This document shows, in pieces, positions 16,327 through 23,479 of a DNA stretch of 39,671 bases. The first letter of the stretch is position 1, and the number at the start of each line of letters is the position of its first letter. A program made the position numbers and the translations under genes. The notes beneath the pieces were generated by a model that was not told where the DNA came from, ran no database searches, and saw nothing but the letters and a program-made list of their open reading frames with translations. Origin of the DNA: Gemmatimonadota bacterium (GTDB taxonomy: Bacteria > Gemmatimonadota > Gemmatimonadetes > Longimicrobiales > RSA9); assembly GCA_018224305.1 (NCBI GenBank), contig JAGTUV010000426.1:1-39671 (forward strand), in the 5' to 3' direction.

Positions 16327-17274
16327 TCACGCTGCCTGGCCCATCAGCCGGTTCAGCGGGCCGTGACTGCGGCGCACGCTCTCGACATACTGCTCGTTCA
16401 TGGGGCCGCGCTTCTTCCAGCGCGCGAAGACCTGTTCCCACGGGATCTCGCCGCCCGTGAAGTCCCAGTGCTTGGCCTCGGCGTCGTACTCGCAGGGGAA
16501 CGGATAGTCGAGCACGTACTCGCCGCGCTGCTCGTCGAAGTGGGCGGGCACCTTCAGCCCCAGCGTCTCGCAGAGCGGTACGGTCGCCGACATCCAGGTC
16601 TGCCGCAGCTCGTCGTTCGTCATCCCCTTCAGCCGGTAATCGAGCTGGCCGCTGTGCCGCTTCATGGTGTCAGGCAGGCCGAACCATTCGATCGTCATCG
16701 GGAACATCCAGTCCACCGCGCGTTGCAGCTTCGCGCGCGCCGTGCCGCCCGCGCCGGCCAGCCGCTTCATCCACACTTCGCCGTGGCGCAGGTGGAACGT
16801 CTCCTCCAGGTCCACCTTGATCAGTGCGCGCTTGAGCGGTCCATAGGACGTGTTGCGGAAGACATCGCCCAGCAGCGTGATGCCCGCGCGGTCGAAGAAC
16901 CCGTTCGCGGTGACGAGCTCCGCCCACGACTCGAGCGGCTGATCGAAGCCGTACGGATGCTTGAACTCGTGGGGCTCGCGGCCGTAGACGAGCTGTTCCT
17001 TGTCCAACCCCATGTCCTCGAGGATGCGGTACGCGATGTTCGCGTGGGCCAGCTCATCCTGGATGATCGCGACGGCAGAGACCATTGTGTTCGTCGAGGG
17101 CGCGTCCTGCGCCGCCATCCAGTACGCCGGAGCGCTCATCAGCTCGGTGTCGGCCTGCACGAGAAGTTGAACGATGAGCGCCTTGCGATAGCCCTCCGTC
17201 ATCTCCTCCGGGGACTCGAGAAGGTAGCCTGCCTGGACCTTCTGCTTGATCTCGTCTTCGGTAAAACGGCTCAT
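16327..17274 (-). CDS. paaA: 1,2-phenylacetyl-CoA epoxidase catalytic subunit A-like (PaaA)
   Basis: 315-aa product from ATG 17274, with GGAG 6 nt upstream. Di-iron ligand blocks QDELAH and EETFHLRHG are present, as are TSYGPL and MTNDELRQ, which parallel E. coli PaaA. The 148-aa upstream extension in the track ORF is rejected. Confidence 0.9.
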   Translation of the reverse strand: MSRFTEDEIKQKVQAGYLLESPEEMTEGYRKALIVQLLVQADTELMSAPAYWMAAQDAPSTNTMVSAVAIIQDELAHANIAYRILEDMGLDKEQLVYGREPHEFKHPYGFDQPLESWAELVTANGFFDRAGITLLGDVFRNTSYGPLKRALIKVDLEETFHLRHGEVWMKRLAGAGGTARAKLQRAVDWMFPMTIEWFGLPDTMKRHSGQLDYRLKGMTNDELRQTWMSATVPLCETLGLKVPAHFDEQRGEYVLDYPFPCEYDAEAKHWDFTGGEIPWEQVFARWKKRGPMNEQYVESVRRSHGPLNRLMGQAA

Positions 17275-17368
17275 GTGAAGCTCCATTCGCGGGCTGTCGC
17301 CCGGTGATGACACCGGCAGACCCGTAAGGTGGCCGAACGGAGTGTGACCCGTCAAGGACCCGGCTGGT

Positions 17369-17384
17369 ACAGGGATTGCCCTGT
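17369..17384. promoter_or_regulatory. Candidate operator palindrome in the paaA / PBP divergent intergenic region
   Basis: ACAGGG-ATTG-CCCTGT, with perfect 6-bp arms and a 4-bp spacer. It lies 95 nt upstream of the paaA ATG and 75 nt upstream of ATG 17459. Confidence 0.3.
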
Positions 17385-17458
17385 TCATGCGCCGTAACAC
17401 GGGACTGTGGTGGAGGATCGGGGATCTGACGGTCCGGGGAACTTTCGAGGGATGAAGC

Positions 17459-20065
17459 ATGGATGAACACGAAGGCGGTCGAGGGCGCGGGCCGGGCGGA
17501 CGTGGCGACGACCACGTGCCGGACCAGCCCGGGGATGCGCGTGAACCCGGACCGGACCAGCCCGGGGATGCGCGTGCACCCGTACCTGACCAGCCGCGGG
17601 ATGCGCGTGCACCCGTACCTGACCAGCCTGCGGACGCGAGCGCTCGCGTGCCGAATGATCCGGCCGCTGGACGGCACCACAGTGGCGTGGTGAGTTCGGA
17701 GCCGGTCGAGCAACGCAAGCGGAAGCGCTATCCGAGAATCCGCCGGGCGGGGATCCTCGTGGGACTGGCCGCGCTGGTCATCATCCTCGGGATGGCCGTG
17801 CTGTGGGAGTTCTGCGGTGTGCGCGGCTGCCCGGATGTGGACATGCTGCGCGGGTATATGCCGGACCAGGCGTCTGTGGTGGTGGACCGCAACGGCGAGG
17901 AGATTTCGAAGCTGTTCGTAACGCGACGTGTCGTGGTGCCGGTCGACTCGATGCCGGAGCATCTGCTGAACGCGTTCGTTGCCATTGAGGACCGGCGGTT
18001 CTGGGATCATGGCGGAGTGGATTGGCGTCGCGTGCTCGGAGCGCTGGCGGCGAACGTGCGGGCGGGCGGGATCGAAGAGGGGTCGAGCACGATCACGATG
18101 CAGCTCGCGCGCAATGTCTTCCCGGAGCAGCTGCCGGCAAGCCAGCGCACGATCACGCGCAAGCTGGGCGAGTCGCGGGTGGCGCGGGAGATCGAGAAGC
18201 GATACAGCAAGCGCGACATCATGGAGCTGTACCTGAACCAGATCTACTTCGGCAGCGGCGCATACGGCATCGAGGCAGCGGCGGAAGAATACTTCGGCAA
18301 GAGTGCAGCGCAGCTGGATCTGGCGGAATCCGCGCTGCTCGCGGCGCTGCCGCGCGCGCCGTCGCGTCTGAATCCGCGGGCCAACGAGAGCGCGGCGCTC
18401 GAAGGTCGCTCGCTCGTGCTCCGGCGCATGGCCGCGCAGGGACACATCACGGAAGAAGAACGTGCGGCGGCAGCGGATGGTGAGCTGGAGCTGCGCGAGG
18501 GAAGCGTCGAGTCGGAAGACGAAGCGCCGTACTTCGTGGAGGCGGTGCGCCGTCAGCTGGAGGCAGACCTCGGCACGGCGATTTACACGCAGGGCTACAC
18601 CATTCACACCACGCTCGATCTCGAAGTGCAGCGCGCGGCGGAGGAGGAACTCGAGCAGGCGCTGCAGGGCATCGAGTCGGGGCGACATGGCGGGTTCCCG
18701 CACCGAACGTTTGCCAGCATACGCGGCGACACCACGCGGGACCGGGCAGAGAGCCCGGGGTACCTGCAGGGCGCGCTGGTGCTCATGGACCCGAATACCG
18801 GCGACGTGATCGCACTCATCGGCGGTCGCGACTTCGACGACTCGCAGTTCAACCGCGCCACGCAGGCCAAGCGGCAGCCGGGCAGCGCATTCAAGCCATT
18901 CGTCTACGCCGCCGCACTGAGCGCCGGCTACCCGGCATCACACCGGCTGCTCGACCAGCCGCTACGCTACATGCTCGACAACAACACCGCCTGGGAACCA
19001 CGCAACTATGACGGCACGTTTCGGGGCCCGGTCACGATGCGTCAGGCGCTGACCCAGTCGCGCAATGTGCCGACCGTGCGCCTTGCCAACGAGGTGGGAC
19101 TCAGCCGCGTGCTCGGCACTGCCGAGCAGTTCGGTCTGGGCCGAATGCAGTCCAATCCGGCGGTGGTGCTGGGCACGTCGGAGGTGACGCCGATCCAGCT
19201 GACGGCGGCGTACAGCGCGTTCGCGACGCTCGGTTCGCGGGCGGAGCCGCGCTTCGTCACGCGGGTGGAGGACACCGGCGGCGGGGTCGTATGGTCGCAA
19301 CAGCCGAACACGCGGCGGGTCATTGATCCGGGCGTCGCGTTCATTGCTACGAGCATGATGCAGGACGTCGTCAGTCGCGGCACCGGCACCGGCGTACGCG
19401 CGGCAGGATTCAGCGGACCAGCCGCGGGTAAGACGGGAACGACGCAGGACGCCGCGGACGTGTGGTTCGTCGGGTTCACGCCCACGATGGTGGGTACGAT
19501 CTGGGTCGGCTTCGATCGCCGTCAGCGCATCCTCCGCGGCGCGACGGGCGGCGAGATCGCCGCACCGATCTGGGGCCGCATCATGCGTCGGATCGGAGCC
19601 GAAAGCGGCGGCTGGTCACCACCGGCGGGCGTCGAGCAGCGCACGGTGGATGAGATGGGCAGTGTGGTATCGGCCGGGTGCGCACCGCAGGGTGCGACGT
19701 ATACCGAGTATTTCATCGGTGGCACGTCCGCGAGCGGCAACTGCTACCCGTCCGCCTACGCGTGGGACGACTCGCTCGGATACAGCGATGAGGACTGGCG
19801 CTACGAGCCGGCCGATTTTGACACGGCCGACGGCTGGTGGGAGCGCCTGCGTCAGCGTGTGCTCGGCGATGACGCCAACGTCCGCCGGGCGGGGGATCCA
19901 GCCGCGCGCGACAGCGTACCGCGGACCACCGACCCCGCGGTCGCACCTGTCCTTCCCGCAAGCCGGCCGGACACGGGCAGGCCGCCGCCGCTCGGCGAGC
20001 CCGTTCGTCGCGATCCGCCACCACCCCCGCCACCCGACACCACAGGGCTGACGGGCGACGGCTGA
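17459..20065 (+). CDS. Class A penicillin-binding protein (PBP1A family), paralog 2
   Basis: GT51 motifs AIEDRRFWDHGGVD and TITMQLARN; transpeptidase motifs GSAFKPF, SRN and KTGTT. ATG 17459 is preceded by GAGGGA, and the product begins MDE like paralog 1. GTG 17687 or 17690 are alternative starts that would exclude the repeat region. Confidence 0.9.
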   Translation: MDEHEGGRGRGPGGRGDDHVPDQPGDAREPGPDQPGDARAPVPDQPRDARAPVPDQPADASARVPNDPAAGRHHSGVVSSEPVEQRKRKRYPRIRRAGILVGLAALVIILGMAVLWEFCGVRGCPDVDMLRGYMPDQASVVVDRNGEEISKLFVTRRVVVPVDSMPEHLLNAFVAIEDRRFWDHGGVDWRRVLGALAANVRAGGIEEGSSTITMQLARNVFPEQLPASQRTITRKLGESRVAREIEKRYSKRDIMELYLNQIYFGSGAYGIEAAAEEYFGKSAAQLDLAESALLAALPRAPSRLNPRANESAALEGRSLVLRRMAAQGHITEEERAAAADGELELREGSVESEDEAPYFVEAVRRQLEADLGTAIYTQGYTIHTTLDLEVQRAAEEELEQALQGIESGRHGGFPHRTFASIRGDTTRDRAESPGYLQGALVLMDPNTGDVIALIGGRDFDDSQFNRATQAKRQPGSAFKPFVYAAALSAGYPASHRLLDQPLRYMLDNNTAWEPRNYDGTFRGPVTMRQALTQSRNVPTVRLANEVGLSRVLGTAEQFGLGRMQSNPAVVLGTSEVTPIQLTAAYSAFATLGSRAEPRFVTRVEDTGGGVVWSQQPNTRRVIDPGVAFIATSMMQDVVSRGTGTGVRAAGFSGPAAGKTGTTQDAADVWFVGFTPTMVGTIWVGFDRRQRILRGATGGEIAAPIWGRIMRRIGAESGGWSPPAGVEQRTVDEMGSVVSAGCAPQGATYTEYFIGGTSASGNCYPSAYAWDDSLGYSDEDWRYEPADFDTADGWWERLRQRVLGDDANVRRAGDPAARDSVPRTTDPAVAPVLPASRPDTGRPPPLGEPVRRDPPPPPPPDTTGLTGDG
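17519..17650 (+). repeat. Four tandem 33-bp repeats (plus a degenerate fifth)
   Basis: The units begin at 17519, 17552, 17585 and 17618. In the PBP frame they read PDQPGDAREPG / PDQPGDARAPV / PDQPRDARAPV / PDQPADASARV. Confidence 0.85.
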
Positions 20066-20236
20066 TCACGCCGGGAAGCGCATTCGAGGGTCGTCCCGCC
20101 GGGGCGGCCCTTCGCTTTCATTTGACATCGGCCGCTCCGAACGCCAGTCTCCGCGGCTGCCGCGCGCCGCGGTACGACGCGCGGACGGCCCGGAAACGGG
20201 CGCGAAGTTCGAATGAATGTGGAGACAGGAACTGAC

Positions 20237-21385
20237 ATGCGAATGCTGGTGATGGGCGCGGGACTGCAGGGTTCCGCGTGTGCATATGATCTGCTGCAGA
20301 ATTCTGAAATCGAACAGGTGGTTCTGGCAGACATGCGAACCGATTCGCTGCCGCCGTTCCTCGACCGCTACCGCAATGACCCGCGACTGCGCCTGGTGCG
20401 GGTGGATGCCCGTAACGAGGAACAGGTGCGCGGCGTGCTGGAAGGCGTCACGTCATGCATGAATGCGCTGCCCTACTACTTCAACCTCGACATCACGCGC
20501 CTGGCGGTCGAGGCTGGCGCGCATTACTGCGATCTCGGCGGTAACACGGCCATCGTATTCGATCAGATGAAGTTCGACGATGTCGCCCGGAAGAAGAACA
20601 TCAGCGTCGTCCCCGACTGCGGTCTCGCGCCGGGCATGGTCAACATCCTGTCCGCGGCGGGCATCGCTGAACTCGATGAGCCCGAGTCCGTCCGCATCCG
20701 CGTGGGTGGGCTGCCACAGGATCCGCAGCCGCCGCTGAACTACCAGATCGTCTACTCGCTCCACGGCGTGCTCGACTATTACACCACCGATTCATGGGTG
20801 CTGCGCGATGGCGAGCCGATGGAGGTCGATGCGCTGACCGAGATCGAGCCCGTCGAGTTCCCCGACCCCGTCGGCACACTCGAGGCGTTCCATACCGCGG
20901 GCGGCCTCTCGACCATGCCGTGGACGTACAAGGACCGGCTCCGCAACATGGAGTACAAGACGCTGCGCTACCCGGGCCATGCCGACGCCATGCGCGTCAT
21001 ACGCGAGCTCGGCCTGCTGAGCCTCGAACCCGTCGAGGTCAGCGGCGGCAGCGTAGTGCCGCGCGATGTATTCATCGCCTGCGCGGAGCCGCGCCTGCGC
21101 CGGCCGGAGTCACGCGACCTGGTCGCACTGCGCGTCGAAGCAGAGGGACGGAAGGATGGCAGGCCGCACCGCGTCGTGTTCGATCTCATCGACTACTACG
21201 ATGAGAAAACGGGCATCACCGCGATGGAGCGCGCGACAGGCTTCTCTCTCTCGATAACAGGCCAGATGCAGGCCGGGGGTCACATCGAGCCGGGCGTCCG
21301 CACGCCCGACCTCGCCGTCCCGGCCGCGAAGTACATCGGGGAACTGCGCAGACGCCACATCGACATCCGTCAGCGCGACGCCTGA
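20237..21385 (+). CDS. Saccharopine dehydrogenase family protein
   Basis: Start taken at ATG 20237, with GGAGACAGGA upstream. MRMLVMGAGLQGSACAYDL is the Rossmann fold. LRYPGHA and the overall ~380 aa fit the saccharopine dehydrogenase-like NADP-binding family. Confidence 0.8.
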   Translation: MRMLVMGAGLQGSACAYDLLQNSEIEQVVLADMRTDSLPPFLDRYRNDPRLRLVRVDARNEEQVRGVLEGVTSCMNALPYYFNLDITRLAVEAGAHYCDLGGNTAIVFDQMKFDDVARKKNISVVPDCGLAPGMVNILSAAGIAELDEPESVRIRVGGLPQDPQPPLNYQIVYSLHGVLDYYTTDSWVLRDGEPMEVDALTEIEPVEFPDPVGTLEAFHTAGGLSTMPWTYKDRLRNMEYKTLRYPGHADAMRVIRELGLLSLEPVEVSGGSVVPRDVFIACAEPRLRRPESRDLVALRVEAEGRKDGRPHRVVFDLIDYYDEKTGITAMERATGFSLSITGQMQAGGHIEPGVRTPDLAVPAAKYIGELRRRHIDIRQRDA

Positions 21386-21406
21386 GACGTCACGAACCTG
21401 GATGCC

Positions 21407-21440
21407 GAACGGCCGCGGGCTGAATCAGCCGCGGCCGTTC
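21407..21440 (+). terminator. Hairpin downstream of the saccharopine dehydrogenase gene
   Basis: 12-bp perfect stem GAACGGCCGCGG / CCGCGGCCGTTC with a 10-nt loop, 22 nt after the stop codon. There is no U tract, which is common in high-GC genomes. Confidence 0.5.
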
Positions 21441-21560
21441 GTGCATCCACCGGCCGGCACCACTCCCGGCCGGCCCGGCCACTGGACCTTACCGGCCCCT
21501 TTGCCGTACCATAACAGACACCCCACCCCGACCCGTCGCGTACGGGACAGGAGTTGAACC

Positions 21561-22460
21561 ATGAAGGCGTTCCTAGCCGCATTCGCCCTGGCCGTGGCTA
21601 TGCCCGCGGCGGCCGATGCGCAGCGCGATGTCACGCGTCGTTCCTATACGTTCCTCGAGGATCGGCTGGTCGTCGCCGTGCACGCCGAGGCGCCCGGAGA
21701 ACTCCACGTCGTGCGCGGCCAGCGCGGCCGGGTCGAGGTCGCCGCACGTTCCCGCGACGGCTTCGCCGGGTTCGGACTCGGCGGCGACTACACCCGTCAG
21801 CTGCGATTGACCGCCATCGGCTCCGAGGCCGTACAGTACCTCGTCGTCGTGCCCGAGCACGTCTCCGTCAGCGTCCAGCTACCCCGCGGTGGCTCCACCC
21901 TCGTGTCGGATCGCGACGGCGTCTCGACCTACCGCTGGGGCGACAGCCGGACGGCTGCGGGATACCGGGGCGGCAGCGACTTCCCTGCGCAGGACCGCGG
22001 CAGGTCGGACGACCGCCTTTCTGTCGAGGACGCCGACTGGCAGGCAGCATTCGACCGCGCTCCGATCGCCGCGACCACGGCCTCCGGACTCTACGTGGTC
22101 CACTCCGGCAGGGGCCGTATCCCGGCCCTCGTCGACGTGCCGGACCTGACCAGTATCCGTTCCCTCTCCATCCGCGTCGAGGGCGACGACTTCCGCATCG
22201 CCGCGACCCGGCCCCTCTCCCTCACGCCCGGGAGCGACGGACACATCGTGATCCGGGTCGACGGTCAGCCGCTGGATGTCGTGCTCTTCGTGCCGCGCGG
22301 CGGATCCGGCCTCCAGGTACAGTCCGGCGGCCGGCGCCTGGCGGACGTGATGGGTGGACGGCCGCGTTCCTATTGCGGAAGTACGGTAATCCAGCAGCCA
22401 ACCCCCCATCAGAACTGGCTGACGCTGTTCCCATCGCGCGGCGTGGAAGACTGCCGGTGA
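21561..22460 (+). CDS. Secreted hypothetical protein
   Basis: 299 aa; AGGAG lies 8 nt upstream of the ATG. The signal peptide is MKAFLAAFALAVAMPAAADA. The composition is beta-rich, and the competing frame (21554-22504) is Arg/Pro junk. Confidence 0.6.
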   Translation: MKAFLAAFALAVAMPAAADAQRDVTRRSYTFLEDRLVVAVHAEAPGELHVVRGQRGRVEVAARSRDGFAGFGLGGDYTRQLRLTAIGSEAVQYLVVVPEHVSVSVQLPRGGSTLVSDRDGVSTYRWGDSRTAAGYRGGSDFPAQDRGRSDDRLSVEDADWQAAFDRAPIAATTASGLYVVHSGRGRIPALVDVPDLTSIRSLSIRVEGDDFRIAATRPLSLTPGSDGHIVIRVDGQPLDVVLFVPRGGSGLQVQSGGRRLADVMGGRPRSYCGSTVIQQPTPHQNWLTLFPSRGVEDCR

Positions 22461-22578
22461 AGCGCGTGGTATGCGCCGATGAGCCGCGGGATAATCTTGC
22501 GTAAATCGTTGATATACATTAGTTTACAGAGTATTTAACGGCCATTGGAAAGCAGGAAAATCGGATCGTCCGAAACTC

Positions 22579-22607
22579 TTGAGAATGAGGCTCGAATGCC
22601 TTAGATT
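22579..22607 (+). promoter_or_regulatory. Candidate sigma70-type promoter upstream of the ECF sigma gene
   Basis: TTGAGA (22579-22584), a 17-nt spacer, then TAGATT (22602-22607), inside an AT-rich island. This is pattern matching only. Confidence 0.3.
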
Positions 22608-22740
22608 CAGGAGTGTGGTATACAATCGTGGGGAAACGGGTGTCGGCGGGGAATACTGCACGAAATTGTGTACATCAAGAGGACGGGGCGCCCACGGTTC
22701 TGCCGCGGACCCCGTCTTTCGCTTGCGGAAAGGAGCACCC

Positions 22741-23340
22741 TTGGCGATTGCGGTAAAGAGCATATCGGAACTGAGCGATAACGCGCTGGTCGCTGCGCAT
22801 CTGGAAGGACATCCGGGTGCATTCGCGGAGTTGTACGATCGCTACCACGACCGTCTGGTGCACTTCATCGCACGCAAGACGGGGGATCGCGACCGCGCTG
22901 AGGATCTGGTACAGGAGGCGTTCATCCGTGTGACGCGACACCTGCACCGTTTCGATGCGAACAAGAAGTTCTCGACGTGGATCTACACGATCTGCTCGAA
23001 TCTGTCGAAGAACGAGCTGCGCAACCGTTCGCGGAGTCCGCTGGTGCTGTTCCAGAAGCTGACGACGCACTGGGACCCGGAGCATCGCCCGCTGCAGTTC
23101 GAGGACGCGGGAGCGCGACCGGACGATCAGTACCGGAAGCGTTACCTGGAAGAGATAGTGGAGCAGACGGTGGAGGAGCTGCCGGCGCATCACAAGCTGG
23201 TGTTCCGTCTGCGCGAGCTGGAAGGCAAGAGCTACGAGGAGATCGCGGAGATTACCGGGGTGAACCTCGGAACGGTGAAGAGCCGGCTGCATCGTGCACG
23301 CACGAGTTTCGCGGAGCGGATCGAGCCACTGCTCAACTAA
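22741..23340 (+). CDS. ECF-type RNA polymerase sigma-70 family factor
   Basis: Start assigned to TTG 22741, with AAGGAG 5 nt upstream, giving 199 aa. Region 2 is DLVQEAFIRVTRHLHRFD..KFSTWIYTICSNL. Region 4 is LPAHHKLVFRLRELEGKSYEEIAEITGVNLGTVKSRLHRAR. Confidence 0.85.
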   Translation: MAIAVKSISELSDNALVAAHLEGHPGAFAELYDRYHDRLVHFIARKTGDRDRAEDLVQEAFIRVTRHLHRFDANKKFSTWIYTICSNLSKNELRNRSRSPLVLFQKLTTHWDPEHRPLQFEDAGARPDDQYRKRYLEEIVEQTVEELPAHHKLVFRLRELEGKSYEEIAEITGVNLGTVKSRLHRARTSFAERIEPLLN

Positions 23341-23479
23341 CTTGCCAGCGGCGCGCATCCGCTCTCTCGGTGCTCACGTTGCTTTGAAGACAGTCCACTA
23401 GTCGTCATCATTCGATGGTAGCGAAGGGCCGTTCCGCACTGAAGCGCGGGGCGGCCCTTCCGTCGTAGGGGTCCGCGGT

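Noticed and set aside
17275-17718. 148-aa N-terminal extension of PaaA containing GWSGTGARAS repeats
   Set aside because: It is the reverse reading of the 33-bp repeats. The stretch from 17275 to 17460 has poor coding character. A GGAG plus ATG at 17274 gives a PaaA of normal length that aligns from its first residues with E. coli PaaA.
17054-18703. 549-aa minus-strand ORF
   Set aside because: It is antisense to PBP1A paralog 2 and overlaps the paaA 5' end. Its composition is Arg-rich junk with no motifs.
20085-20114. Terminator-like GC-rich sequence after PBP1A paralog 2 (CGAGGGTCGTCCCGCCGGGGCGGCCCTTCG followed by CTTTCATTT)
   Set aside because: By hand the arms pair only with several mismatches, bulges and a G-U pair. 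It is plausible but too weak to annotate.
22681-22716. Hairpin GACGGGG...CCCCGTC followed by TTTCGCTT just upstream of the sigma-factor ribosome-binding site, considered as an attenuator
   Set aside because: It has only a 7-bp stem with a ~21-nt poorly paired loop, so it is not convincing without folding software.
23423-23460. Hairpin GAAGGGCCG / CGGCCCTTC between the convergent sigma and M28 genes
   Set aside because: It is a 9-bp stem but with a 20-nt loop and no U tract on either strand. It is possibly a terminator but has low confidence, so it is not listed as a feature.
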